Part shown: piece by piece, positions 32,393 to 45,208 of the stretch | How positions within the stretch are numbered: the stretch's first letter is position 1 | How the letters are laid out: every line of letters starts with the position of its first letter | NCBI GenBank assembly: GCA_010093995.1 | Contig: ML992508.1 | Span: 220,506 to 284,505 of the forward strand | Length of the DNA: 64,000 nt | Direction of reading: 5' to 3' | Source: Elsinoe ampelina | Lineage: Eukaryota | Notes under the pieces: model-generated | What the model was told of the DNA's origin: nothing | The model's database searches: none | The model's input: the letters and a program-made list of their open reading frames with translations, nothing else | Program-made: the position numbers and the translations under genes

Positions 32393-34713
32393 CTACAAGT
32401 CGAATTGTAGTACGTTGATGCTGAACTTGGGTACACTCCATTGGAATTGTGCATCACCTCCTCCTGCACCACCCAATGCGCCAAGGTCCAATGGCTGCGG
32501 AACGACCTCGGTCTTGTTGTTGACGTAGTTATAGCTGTTCAGATCGACGGCGGTGGTGATTGTACCATTGACACTATTGAATGCTGGGAGGTCCAAGTTG
32601 AGTGGAACAGCTTGATTGAGCGTGTTGATGATCTTGAGATAAACCACGTTCCTGTTGGTGTCGATACTAGCGACCCAGAACATGGGATTGATCTGGCCCG
32701 TCGTAACATTGACAGGCAGGGTGTGAGTGCCTTGATACCGAGAGAAGACCCATTGGACCCAGTAGCTGGCCGACAAGACGGTGTTGTCAACATTCGAGTC
32801 GTACGTGATCATATCGGGAGTCCAGTTTGTAAAGTTACGGTTCTGGAGCGATGGTGCGTACGACGACATCTTGACGGTGTTGGGATTTCTCTCGGCACCG
32901 ATAGCGTAAACACCTTCGGCAATCGCTGACAAGAGTCGCGGATAGAAGATGTGTACATCGACTGGATATGAGTAATTCACCACTCCATCTGGTGTGTCGA
33001 TTTGGATAGCGGAATATTCTCCAAGCAATACAGTGACTTCCGTGTTGTTAGTGTCTTGCTGCCAGTTGTCCCACTGATCAAAGTTCTCAAGAAACCTATG
33101 AGATAGTCAGTATACGCTTTCCCGTGCATTCTGCTTGTAGCTTACCATGATGGTTCCTGATACTGGTGAAAGTCCCACATACTCCCGGCTGGCAGAGAGA
33201 TGTTGTAGTCCGGATTCTCATTATAAGCACTGCTGATGTAGATCAAATCAGGATGCGCTGCTTTGAGGCCGTTGTACAAGTACTCGAAGCGATAAGGATA
33301 GGTCGACGAGAACCAGTCCTCATTACCGATCTCAATGTGTGAGACTTGGAACGGCTCAGGGTGGCCATGCAAAGCTCGCAAAGCACCATAAGTAGTGTTG
33401 ACTCCGCCTGACGCATATTCGATCTCGTCAAGAGCGTCTTGAAGAATCTCTTGCATGCCACCGAGTGGATATGAAGCGCCGTTCTGGCCCCAAACGTCAA
33501 GAGAAAAGCCAGCGTAGATGCCAAGCACGGCAGTGATGTCCATGGCCTCGGTCCGCTCGAGGTATTCCAATAGCCCAAGGCCGTCAGTGTTGAAATAAGT
33601 CCAGTCACCAACTCTACCGCGCCTCGCAGGGAGAGGACCAATGTTTTTCCGCCAGTTCCATCTCTGAGCTGGGCTGTAACCTTCGAGATTGTTGCCCCCT
33701 GGAAATCGGAGAAAGCGAGGCTTGATATCATAGAAAGCGGAAGCAATATCATTCCTGAGTCCATTCTCGTACCCCTTGAATGTCTCCGGAAAGACCGAAA
33801 CCAGGTTGATGTAAAACGTGTTGCCACGGACTGCTTCACCATCCATGGTGATGACAAACTTGTTATTGGAGTCTGGTGCAGCCTTCGTGGGGACGAGTGT
33901 TGTGCTCAATTTGAGGAAGTCGATGAACGGTACAGGAACGTCGCTGATCGTGCTTTCTGCAAACACTTCGTCGGTAGTGTTGGATCGGAAAGAGACTGTG
34001 AAGGTCGTTGTGTTGCCCATGTTTCTTGGGAAGTTACCGAGGGCATAGAATGAGACATTGTACGTCTGAGGCCTGACATCGAAGCCCCACCAGCCTATGC
34101 CAATCAGCACCATCATTACAGTTTCGAAGGGAGTAGTTTCACATACCATAATTTTCAAATCCGACTTCACCTGTGGCATTGAGAGGTATATCAATCTGCA
34201 GGGAGGTGGGCAGAACTCCGAGTGGGTGAAGGATGTCCAAGGTTGTGCGCACGCCATCTCCAATAGTCCCCCAAGCTGTCGTAACGGGCCCAAAGGGGAC
34301 GATCGTATTCTCCGATGCAGTTACGAAGCTGCCGCTATACCCCTCCAGAGGTTGAATGGTCGAATAAGAACCCTGAAAAGCACGGTTGGCAATCATTTCG
34401 GCATAGATGCCTCCATCACCGGAATGACTGATGTCCTGTAGTGATCAAATTTCAGCATCCGGATGTACACTATACGGAGCAGATGTACCTCATGCATCAG
34501 CCCGTACAGCAAAGGCGAGGTCTCATTGCGACCATCTGTATTATTGACGTCGATAGTAAGTGTGACTGCTGTAGTATCATTCCTTGTGGAGTTGATGAAC
34601 GGTCGATAGGAGGGCAATGAAGGTGGAAGGGCACCAGACTGTCTCTTAGTATACCGTGCTTGAGAGCTTGCGCAAAACAAGAGCGCTGCCAAAGCAGCCG
34701 AGAATGCCAACAT
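32393..34713 (-). CDS. Alpha-L-arabinofuranosidase, GH51, secreted, multi-exon
   Basis: LLYGLMHE-DISHSGDGGIYAE, FLRFPGGNNLEG, EIGNED, WDFHQY, LGEYS, MSSYAPSL. Confidence 0.93.
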
Positions 34714-35464
34714 ATTTGCGGTGCAGCAAAGGAAAGCTTGACTTTAGACCACAAACCTTGGACACTTTAAGTAGCACTTCTCTCCAAAACTACGGCGCCT
34801 CTGACGGCAAGATTACTATCGATCTTGGTTCTTGTCGTCGGTAGTGCTCCTGAGGCTACTGCTCGAATCGACCAGACAACGAGCCGATAACGCAGTAGGA
34901 CAGACTATCGCACTGAAGATCACTGATGAGAAGCCGTGATCTTCAAGTTATGATGCATGCATCTCGACATGGGTTGACGTGGAGATGGGGGTGGAAGCGG
35001 GGAAACGCCTATGCAGTCATTATCCGGCAGATCTCACAGCGTGAGCCTCCGGAGGGGCGAAGGTGTGATCTCTCCATGGCTGAGGAACGTGTGCCGTCTA
35101 GCGGGTCAGTTCATACCCTGCTCTGATCCCTGATGTGGTTGCAAGGCCAGATGGCAAGGACCTCAGATTGTGGGAACTCTCGAGTCGATCAAGGTTTAGC
35201 CATGCTTAACCAAACCGCTTGAATGTATTTATTCATCCATTCGGCCCTATTCTGAATCTTGCATGTTCATGTCTCATGTATCCAACGTCGAGTGTCGTAG
35301 GTGGAGTGTGAATGGACGAGGTGAGGTTGGAGGCGGCTCAAGATATTTGCTCTAGGCGTTGAATGCCACGTGAGATCGTCAGCCCAGAAACTTGAAGCCA
35401 AGCTCGAGATCAACAACCTCCTGCCTTGAACACCTTCTAGACCATAATTTGAGATGGCCCAATA

Positions 35465-38400
35465 ATGGCATTGACTTCGGTAATTGGCCTCGAGCATATC
35501 CAAACCAGCTTCAAGTAACAAGTCGCAGTGGAAAGCCTTCCGCTTCTTCGATGTCACGGCCGTCCAGATCTCAAATGATGAGCCGAGCTTGGAGGTACAT
35601 CACCTATACGAGACACCAATCACACAACTGAACAGTCACAGCAAGGGAGTACGAGCTGTATAGCCGCCGGCACGAACAATGTCTTCATTGGTGGGCCAGA
35701 TGGGAAAGTCCGACTCCTCAACCAGTCCTTCAAGACAGTCCAATCTTTCCAAGCACACGACTCCGGCAGCATTACTCACATCACGCCGATCCCCAACTCT
35801 TCTTATCTGGTAACACTTGCGGAGGACCTTCCGAATGAGCCGGAACTAAAGGTTTGGGCTTTGGATAAGACAGAGAAGAAGACTGGTATACCCAAATGTC
35901 TCTGCACGGTTACAATTCAGAATGGCCGCAGACCATTTCCGGTCTCCGCTTTCGCAGTCCTTCCCGACCTCACTCAAGTCGCCGTCGGTTTTGGCAACGG
36001 CTCAGTGACTATAGTCCGTGGCGACTTCATACACGATCGAGGAACTAAGCAGAGAACCGTTCATGACGGAGAAGAGCCGATTACTGGATTGGACTTCAGA
36101 GAAGGAAACACCACAGTCTTGTTCATTGGTACCATCGGTAGGATACTTACGCTTGTGATCTCCGGCAAGGGACAAGGTCAGCCTGTGCGGACATTGGACG
36201 AACATGGATGTGCTGTTGGATGCATGACAAAGAGCTCGGAGACCAAGGACATCATCATCGCGAGGGATGATGCAGTTTACTCGTTCAACATGCGAGGGAA
36301 GGGAGCGTCCTTCGCTTACGACGGGGGCAAAAAACTGGTTAGCAGCATCAAAGATTATGTCATGTTCGTCTCGCCTCCACAGAACAAGAACAAATCCGCC
36401 CCAATCCGATCTTTTGGCACAGTAAACGCGAACGATTTGTACAGTACGACGAGCTTCACAATATTGGACCCCGACCTTAAAATCATTGCCCATTCCGAAG
36501 CGTTGTCCACACCTGTGTCTCATATACTGAATGCCTGGGGTCTGATCTTTCTCGTCACACAGGACGGAAAGGTGCTACGCTATCAGGAAAAGACATTTGC
36601 GCAAAAACTGGAATTGCTGTATCAGCGAGACTACTATGTGCTGGCCATCAATCTTGCTCAGAAAGAAAGCGTCGACCCGGTTCAGCAGAACATCATCTTC
36701 CGCAAGTACGGAGACTACTTATATCAGAAGGGAGATTTCGACACAGCTATGCAACAGTACTTGCGAGCCATTGACAACACCGAGCCTTCCCAAATCATCC
36801 GCAAATTCCTAGACAATCAGCGCATTCGTAACCTTATCGAGTATCTGGAAGAATTGCACGAACATGGAAAAGCATCAGCCGACCACACAACTCTTCTCCT
36901 CAATTGCTACGCCAAGCTCAAAGATGTTGACAAGCTGGAGGCGTTCATCAAGCAACCTGGCGAGCTGAAATTTGACCTGGACACAGCGATCACTATGTGC
37001 CGGCAAGGAGGCTATTCCGATCAAGCAGCCTTTCTGGCCCGCAAGCACAACGAGCATGGTCTCGTTATCGATATCCTTATCGAAGATCTTAAGAAATATG
37101 CCGAAGCCATGGCTTACATCCTCCGACTTGAACCTGAACTCGCTTACGAGAACAGCATCAAGTACGCTACCGTCCTGCTGGAGCACACGTCCTCGGAAGA
37201 GACACAGTTCCTCATCGACTACTTTACCGGCATCTATCGACCGAAGAAGGATGCCATCGTGGAGCAAGAGACTCCCGTGGCACAGCCAGGGTATGCCAGT
37301 AGAGCGACCACAGCTGTTCAGAACCTGGCTTCTCTGATACCGCTCCCGTACATGAATACAGACACAATGCGATCATCGACAAATGAAGACGGTGAAAAGA
37401 CAATAATCAGCCAGCAGGTCATCGAGACCACGGTTGAAGGCCATTTCATAGAGTACACGGTTCCAAAGCCACGCAAGGCTTTCGCATGCTTCGTGGATCA
37501 TCCTGATCAATTCATCCTGTTTCTGGAAGCCTGCGTGTCTAGCGATGGCGTCTCGGAGCAAGACAAGTCCGATCTCTACGACACCCTCTTCGAGATGTAT
37601 CTGGCTACAGGAAAGCGGAAAGATGGTGAAGAGGGCAAGGTTTGGACCAGTAAAGCGAAAGCACTTGTCGAGCGGAAGGACGTGCCGATCAGCGCATCGA
37701 ACGTGCTCCTTCTATCAAATCTAGCGAATTTCAAGGATGGCTCGGTCCTCGTTCGAGAGCAGCAAGGGCTGTACTTTGACATTTTCCGATCGTACAGTTC
37801 TGCACATGACACAGCCGGCGCCATTCGAGCTCTACGCAAATACGGTCCAGAGGAGCCACAGCTCTATCCAGCGGCGCTCGCCTACTTCACCTCGTCCGAG
37901 GACATTCTGAAAGAAGCTCGCTCAGAGATCGAGTCAATACTGTCCAAGATCGATAGCGACGGCCTCATGGCGCCACTCCAAGTCATTCAAGCGCTCAGTC
38001 AAAGCAGTGTTGCAGACATGGGACTCATCAAAGCCTACCTTTCAAAAACGGTGGAGAAAGAAAGAGCCGAAATTGCCTCGAACAAACGTCTTGTATCATC
38101 CTACCGCAACGACACCGCCACCAAAAGACAAGAACTCGAGGATCTCAGCACCAAACCCACCTCCTTCTCCGCTACCCGATGCTCATCTTGCAGTACTCCA
38201 CTAGACCTCCCCGTTGTCCACTTCCTCTGCAAACATAGCTTCCACCAGCGATGTCTCAACGTCGCACCCAGTATTTCTGACGACAACGACGATGAGATTG
38301 AATGCCCGATATGTGCTCCTCAGAATGCCACTCTCAAGGCCATCAGGAATGCGCAGAAGGAGAGCGCAGGTCGACACGAGCTTTTCCTGGATGCGTTGGG

Positions 38401-38482
38401 GAGGAGTAGGGACAAGTTCGGGACTGTCAGTGAGTGGTTCGGGAGAGGTGTTATGGATGCTGGGAATGCCGTAGAGTCTTGA
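35465..38482 (+). CDS. VPS11: Vacuolar protein sorting protein 11 (HOPS/CORVET core), 2 introns at the 5' end
   Basis: MALTS|WKAFRFFDV start; KYGDYLYQKGDFDTAMQQY, HTTLLLNCYAKLKD; C-terminal RING-H2 CSSCSTPLDLPVVHFLCKHSFHQRCL...CPIC. Confidence 0.96.
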
Positions 38483-38961
38483 GTGGCTACTTGACGCAGG
38501 CATTGAAGCGACCACATTGAGCCGTGCCGGACGGCTTTCATCCCATCAACCTGTCCCGCAGCTGCGATCCAGGCCCGATCCACTGGACCAGTCTGTAGTC
38601 TAATGCCGGATCCTTCGAGCTTTGCGAATAATGAACGGAGCGGTCGACCCACGTCCGAGGCCACGTGTCTTGCAGCAGATCCAGCAGAACATTGAGATCC
38701 CAGGCAGTTCCCATACCGATCGATGACGAACAAGTCTCAGAACAATGTAGCGATGGTTCAGCAATGGGTCGAGAACGAGGTACACGGCCTAAAGGCGATT
38801 TAGCGGAGATGCCGCGCGTACACAGCAGCTAGGAACGAGGAAATGAAGTAATATCTTGATCAAACATGAACGCTGCAGAGTAGAGATCGCTAAGAGTCGG
38901 GATGATGTCCCCATTTCGCCCTTCTTCTCCAGCCCATCCTAAAATCAATCTTTCACCGCCC

Positions 38962-39429
38962 CTACTGGCCCTTCTTCTCATCACAACATAAGGAGCCGGC
39001 ATACCCCAACACCTCCGGCTTCACAAACGTACAATGCACCCTCCAAGTCAACATCCCCGCCAATCCTCCAGCCATCGCATACCCCGCCGTAGCATCAATC
39101 GTCCCCTTCCCAACCTGCCACAGCAAGACCGGCACAAACAAAGCCTCCGCCGCGCCCGTCGTGATGTAAGCCGCCCTCCTGGTGACCACGCCGGAGAGCG
39201 AATCAGGATGTCCCAAAGCGAGGGGGATAGCGAGACCGATAGTGCAGACGCCGAACCATTGAAAGATCGCGTTCGTCGAGGTGAGCGTCGACGGGGCCAG
39301 AGTTGGGAATAAGGCGGAGGAGAAGAGAGAGGGGTAGAAGATGAGGGAGACGCCGGAGAGTATGTTGAGTGTTGATTCCCCGAGGAGGAGGGTGCGGGCG
39401 AAGGAGGTGCCGGGGTGGAAGGTTGTCAT
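38962..39429 (-). CDS. Small multi-pass membrane hypothetical protein (155 aa)
   Basis: About four hydrophobic segments in a single ORF. Confidence 0.7.
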   Translation of the reverse strand: MTTFHPGTSFARTLLLGESTLNILSGVSLIFYPSLFSSALFPTLAPSTLTSTNAIFQWFGVCTIGLAIPLALGHPDSLSGVVTRRAAYITTGAAEALFVPVLLWQVGKGTIDATAGYAMAGGLAGMLTWRVHCTFVKPEVLGYAGSLCCDEKKGQ

Positions 39430-40132
39430 GGTTGGGGATGTGGTTTTGGGTTTGGGAGCAGGTGATTGTGGATTGGGTTGGGAGATGCTTGGAAGAGAGG
39501 AAGGGGGCAGCTGTGGAATTGTACTTATGCTTGATGCCGTTGCTCAGATGTGTTCCGATACCTACCAGAGCGCTGGGACTAGCTTGCGGTTGCTTCGTAT
39601 GACTGTGCTGACTTGCTATGCGGATTGGAACGGAGACGTGAGAGGTAGCGGGCGTGATTGGTTGGGCTGAACGGCCTGATTCGCCGATCGTGGTTTGTCT
39701 CATGAATTACGCGTAAAAAAGACGAGAACGAGGCGGGAGTCTTTTTAAATGCTTCGACAGGTAGCGAAGCGACACTTGCTGCATATCTTAAGGAGATCGT
39801 GATTGCAATCCATGTGGGTACTCGATTTTGAAGTAAGTGGGCGACGGATATAAAGAAAAGTCAAAGCCAGCACGTGAAAGTAAAAAGTGTGCAGATGAGC
39901 CAATGACGCAACGTGGATGATCTGTTTTTGATGGCCGCCTGCCCTTCAAGAAATCTTGACTTTCATGGCAGCCATGTGAAGAGAGTCTTCACGACGCGCT
40001 TGGAACTAATCGTATTTGCATCGGATATCGAGCTTCGGTATGGAATCGATAAAAGACAGTGTGCATCTATCAGCCATCATGGTGCAATCATAGAAAGATT
40101 CTCCGAAAGTGCACAGCACCAAAGCTGCAGCT

Positions 40133-43024
40133 ATGGATCCGGGAATCCCACCACCCATACAGTCGAGGTTCTTCTATACCTCCCCACTAGCCATTGACGA
40201 TCCCCTCTCTCCGGTACCGCCTCCAGCTTCTGGATCAACTTCATCCTCCAAGCTTCCCCCTCGACCATTCTCCCAATATGACAATATCAGGTTGGACGAA
40301 GCGTGGCATGAGCTTCGGCGGAAGATTCAAAAGTACGAGGAAGAGCATGGAGAGAAGAGGAATTCGAGCATCAAATCATCAGCGCCTCTCCCCGCCTTAC
40401 TGCAGGATAAAGGTAAGACAAGCTCTGGGCTGAGAAGTGGATCGGTCGTCGACCAGCCAGAGCTGGCATCTTGGGGGTCACAGTTGAGTGCAAACAGGCC
40501 CTCAAGAGACACAACAAGGACACCTGCCAGAAACGACCGGACCAAGCGGAACAGTGTGCTCTCTAGCGGAAGCGGCAACAATGACGAAGAGGAAAAACCA
40601 CGGTTGGGATCTGCTGGTATTGACAGCATATTGAATGCCGAAGCCGAGCTACCCACCACGACCGGGACACCCTTCATACGGGCACCAGTCCGGAATGATG
40701 TACCGAAAACTGCAAGAGCGCGTGGTGAATCATCGTCAAGACCAAGGCCGCTACCTCTTGACAGCTATAAATGGGATGACGGGCTTCAGGCGGACAATAT
40801 TTCCAGCGCTGAGCAGGAAGTTAAAAGCAAGCCGGAAGGTCCTTCGACAAAAGTACCTGTCGGTGCCTCCAGACTCCATCAAGTAGCTATGCCCACACTC
40901 AACCTTGAACCGATCTACTGGGCTCCGGTGAACGACATTGCTCCTGTGACGCGGGCGACGTGGTTCTACAAAGAGACAATGATGCCTGTTGAAGTGGCGG
41001 TTGCGAATATGCTGGAGCTCGGTTTCATTGAGATGCAAGCATGGACACAGACGTGGCAGGATGAGCTCAACAGCGCGATAGAAGTTGGGGCGGCGGGTGA
41101 AGAGAGGATATTTCGAAAGCTGTGGCCTGATGTATCAAAAAAGAATGCAGACAGTCGGCCTACCACTGCCAGGGGGGAGGCAACAGATATGATCCAAAAG
41201 TCGGTTCAACACCGCCCGAGAACATTCTACAGATGGCTAACCACTTCAAGTCTAGGTCAACTTGAACCTGATACGCCAGAGAAGCAGCGGGAGAAAGCGG
41301 CGAATCAGGCGTGCGATATCATCGAAGCTACATCTGGTTCATCGGGTCCCGACAATCGAGCATCTGGCACGGTCACATTTGGGAGATATGGTCCACTGAG
41401 GAATTATGCTACAGCTGGAGTCATTTACGCTGATGCAACGACTGCGCACATTCTCAAGCCAAATTTACAGCCCTCATCGTATTACGGTCGACGGCCACTG
41501 GCAAACTACATTCGCAAAGGTCGTAAGCTGGGCATTCCCGTCGTCAGAGGTTTCGATCAAGTGGCTTGGGATAAGCTGCATCCAGAACCCAAAGGAAGTA
41601 AGTCGAAGAAGGCTTATGCCGGAGTATCAACAAATCAGGCTAGTTCGACAGACACGAGACAGCGCAAGGATTCGGAATTAGCACCAGCGATCACTCCAAA
41701 GGTCACGGATCTCGTACTGGTCATCCATGGCATCGGTCAAAAGCTTTCGGAGAGGATGGAGTCGTTCCACTTCACCCACGCCATGAACGGCTTCAGGCGA
41801 GAAGTCAATGTCGAATTGGGGACGGACATCATTCGATCTCGATTGCGCAAAGATGCTGGCGGTATTATGGTTTTACCTGTCAATTGGCGACATACGTTGT
41901 CCTTCGAGGAAGGTGGCTACCGAAATGATACGGATGATCCAGCGGACAATCAGTATGGTCTCAAAGATATCACACCCGAGTCTCTGCCTTCGGTACGGAA
42001 CATCGTGTCAGATGTCATGCTTGACATTCCATATTATCTGTCAGACCACCAGCCGAAGATGATAGCGGCAGTCACCAGGGAAGCAAATCGTATCTACCAG
42101 CTCTGGTGTACAAACAACCCAGGATTTTCGTTGTCTGGCCGTGTGCACATATTGGCTCACTCTCTTGGATCTGTCATGGCTCTGGACGTCTTGTCAAAGC
42201 AGCCGACGACTCTGCCCTCTCATTTGGCAGATCCTGTTACAGTGTCTACCTCTGACCTTCAGGCTCTTCCTCACTTCCTCTTTCCCACCTCCAATCTCTT
42301 CTTCGCAGGATCTCCTGCTGGTTTCTTCCTGCTACTCAAGCGAGCACCACTGCGACCTCGTCTCGACCACGACAAGCCCGGCGGAGACCCAGATGCAAAT
42401 TTGTCATCCGTCTGCGGTTCCGAGGGCGACTACGGCTGCCTGCCTGTGGACAACATCTACAACATCATAAATCCATACGATCCAGTCAGCTACCGCCTCA
42501 ACGCTACCGTCGACGCCGACTATGCTCGTAGTCTGCGTCCTGCATGGCTCCCATCCGCCACACCAGGCTGGTTCGGCACGTCAAGCGAAGACTCTGCTCT
42601 GGGCGGATGGTTCGGCAGCGGCCCTGCCAAACCAACTTCCACTTCAAATGCCCTCCCAAAATCCGCCCCATCCGCAGCACATCCCCTCGCCTCCCCGGCC
42701 GCCGATCCGACCGAAACCTCCGCCCTCCTCCCCCGTCTTCCTTCCAACGTCGAGCTCGAGACCCACAACTTCACCCGTGAAGAAATTGCAGAGAAACGCA
42801 TGTTCGCCCTCAACGACAACGGCCAGATCGACTTTATGGTGCGGTACGGCGGTGGGCCGTTGGAGATACAGTACTTGACTATGCTGGGGGCGCATAGTAG
42901 TTATTGGCTGTTGAAGGATTTTGTGCGGGCGGTGGTGGTGGAGTGTGGGCGGCCTGAGGGGAGGGAGGGGACGTTGAGGGGGATGAGGGGGAGGAAGGGG
43001 AAGAGGTTGGGGGCGGGGACGTGA
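40133..43024 (+). CDS. DDHD-domain phospholipase A1
   Basis: LVLVIHGIGQK, LPVNWR, DVMLDIPYY, HILAHSLGS lipase motif, NIINPYDPVSYRL, AHSSYW; probable in-frame 51-nt intron at 41200-41250. Confidence 0.92.
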   Translation: MDPGIPPPIQSRFFYTSPLAIDDPLSPVPPPASGSTSSSKLPPRPFSQYDNIRLDEAWHELRRKIQKYEEEHGEKRNSSIKSSAPLPALLQDKGKTSSGLRSGSVVDQPELASWGSQLSANRPSRDTTRTPARNDRTKRNSVLSSGSGNNDEEEKPRLGSAGIDSILNAEAELPTTTGTPFIRAPVRNDVPKTARARGESSSRPRPLPLDSYKWDDGLQADNISSAEQEVKSKPEGPSTKVPVGASRLHQVAMPTLNLEPIYWAPVNDIAPVTRATWFYKETMMPVEVAVANMLELGFIEMQAWTQTWQDELNSAIEVGAAGEERIFRKLWPDVSKKNADSRPTTARGEATDMIQKSVQHRPRTFYRWLTTSSLGQLEPDTPEKQREKAANQACDIIEATSGSSGPDNRASGTVTFGRYGPLRNYATAGVIYADATTAHILKPNLQPSSYYGRRPLANYIRKGRKLGIPVVRGFDQVAWDKLHPEPKGSKSKKAYAGVSTNQASSTDTRQRKDSELAPAITPKVTDLVLVIHGIGQKLSERMESFHFTHAMNGFRREVNVELGTDIIRSRLRKDAGGIMVLPVNWRHTLSFEEGGYRNDTDDPADNQYGLKDITPESLPSVRNIVSDVMLDIPYYLSDHQPKMIAAVTREANRIYQLWCTNNPGFSLSGRVHILAHSLGSVMALDVLSKQPTTLPSHLADPVTVSTSDLQALPHFLFPTSNLFFAGSPAGFFLLLKRAPLRPRLDHDKPGGDPDANLSSVCGSEGDYGCLPVDNIYNIINPYDPVSYRLNATVDADYARSLRPAWLPSATPGWFGTSSEDSALGGWFGSGPAKPTSTSNALPKSAPSAAHPLASPAADPTETSALLPRLPSNVELETHNFTREEIAEKRMFALNDNGQIDFMVRYGGGPLEIQYLTMLGAHSSYWLLKDFVRAVVVECGRPEGREGTLRGMRGRKGKRLGAGT

Positions 43025-43965
43025 GGTTTTAGTATCTTGAGGGTGGAGTGGGTTTGTGGGGCGATGGAAAAGGTGTAAGGCGGTGCGTTTGATACCCTAG
43101 ATGTTTTGTTGAATTGGATGTTTTCTCGTTGTATGTTGTGCATGCTGCAAGGATGGTGTGTGCATGAGGATGCTCAGAGTCGTGGTGAGCATGCTTTTGG
43201 TGAGCCTGCCGCGCCGCTGTTGAAAACGTACCCCGTGGCGACGGGGTTGACTAGCTCTGGCCTGAACGGAGGAGTCGGGAAGGGGGGTCGTTGTAGTTTG
43301 GTTGTGAAGAAGACAGGGTGGCGTAAAGCTGGGTTGTGCTGCCTCATGGCCGGTGGTGGTGGTGCTTGTACCTGTGCATACACTGGCATCGCAGGTTCCG
43401 GATGCGATGACCCGAGCCTACGATTGACTTCACCCGTGCATGCTGTGCCTGGCTCGCTTGCAGATGTGCCCTGCTGACTCTGACTTTGTGGCGGTCGAGG
43501 CGGGAGGTATGTCACTTTGGGAACTGGATCTCTAGGTGTGCCCTGGTTAGGCTTTTCCACCTTGGGCCGAGTAGGTTGCAATAGAGAGAAAATGTCGGTG
43601 TATTGTGAAGATGAAGTCGTGATGTGAAACGTGGAGGTGGAGTGGGAAGTGCGGGGAGGGCGGGAGGAGCTTGACCTCATCTGGGAGAGGGAAACGCTTG
43701 ATTGAAATTGAGCCATTATATTTGCTTGTCATTCCACTACTTCTGTGTCGATTAGTGACAGACAAGGCTTGCACTCGATCCTTCTTACGTGGAGGAGATT
43801 CCGAACGGAGATGCATGCCCGGAGGACGAGATGAGGCCTGAATGAGAGACGGATACTTCGTACAGACCTTGATGGACCGAGGCGAGGGGCGTTTAAAGAT
43901 GGCGTTCGAGGGAGGCCGAGGTCATGGTGCCCCTTTCTGCGGCTTGCTTGGATACTGGAATCAAC

Positions 43966-44883
43966 ATGAAGATATCAGATTTGATTCTGGTCTTTCTGGT
44001 CGGTCTGAGGACAGCTTCTTCCCGTTCATACAAGAAGGGAGATGACTTCTACCCATCATTGTATGCCGTCGGCAACGACCGTATCATCAACCTCGGGGAG
44101 CGCTGGAAATTGCGAACATCTGCCACGTTGGACCCAAGGTCCACTGTGGTCACGCTTGACTATCAAGATGAGTTCGCCGGCTTCCCTTTCCTCGATTTTC
44201 CAGACTTCTCTGGAACAGCAATCAGAACTCCGTCTGCATGGACGGCGGCAAGAGAGATCGTCTCATGTGGATCGGCGACTTCTATCACACAGCGCGAGTT
44301 CTGCTGGCCACGACCTATCGCACGGACTACTTCTTCGGCACAATCAGGCAGGCTTTTGATTTCGTGTCCTCCCTCCCAGCGACAGCAAGGTTTGCCGTAC
44401 TGTCTTCACCTCTGGGTGCTGACCCTCAAATCAAGGACGCTCTTGGACCAGCGCAGTACGCCTTGACCGACTATCAAGACCTCTTCCTCATCTCGATAGC
44501 CGAGTACTACCGCAAGACTGGCGATCTAAACCTGCTTCAGCGCTTTTGACCAAATATGAAAGCCGCCATGGATCTTCACGAGTTTGAATCATCCTTGGGA
44601 TGCCGCTCCGAGCTATATTCTGCCGAGATACGTGCTGTGTGTGAAGGAGACGAAGTCTGGCTTTGAAGAATGGGAGATTCAACCTCTGACTACAGGACTC
44701 GATTTTAGATGGGCCAAAGAGAAGGTACCGACCCCGAGAGGAAACATCCAGGCACAATGGAAGCTTGATGGCAGGAGCTTGAAGATAGGGGTACAAGCAC
44801 CGAGAGGCACGAGAGGAAGAATCGTTGCAGGGAGCAGGATCGTGAATATGACAGGTGGGAAGAAAGTGGTTGTTCATTTTTGA
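43966..44883 (+). pseudogene. Fragmented, internally deleted GH78 alpha-L-rhamnosidase
   Basis: Signal peptide plus VVTLDYQDEFAGFPF; frame change to CMDGGKRDRLMWIGDF; stop; then SLNHPWDAAPSYILPRYVL...VPTPRGNIQAQW. Only ~0.9 kb in total. Confidence 0.8.
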
Positions 44884-45208
44884 CGAATCGATGTCACCTC
44901 CGTCCTGTCGATCTCGCGTAAAACAACCTCGCAAAGAGCCGCTACATACTACTGTAACGGCTTTGGAGCAGATCTAGAGTGGTTCTCAAGTAGGTGTGGT
45001 CGCCCCGCGCAGCATGGCTTTCCAACGTTTGGACGTTAGCGATGAACCACTCAAGCCGCAGATGGTGGCCGCTCAACGGCCATCACAAGCTGGCCCGACA
45101 CCACTACACAATGGTCGCAACGGGCTTACGGTCTCGTTATGATCATAAGAAGAGAGCAATGCCCCTGGCATTCTGTCATCGTATCATCCGCTGTCGCATC
45201 TTTCGAGT

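Noticed and set aside
41200..41250. Stop-free 51-nt introns read through by the ORF track (also 5371-5421) as regulated intron retention
   Set aside because: Expected by chance for short 3n introns; no further evidence.
43174..43816. Minus-strand ORFs of 180 aa and 89 aa
   Set aside because: Low-complexity P/S/Q-rich with no recognisable domain; cannot be supported as a gene.
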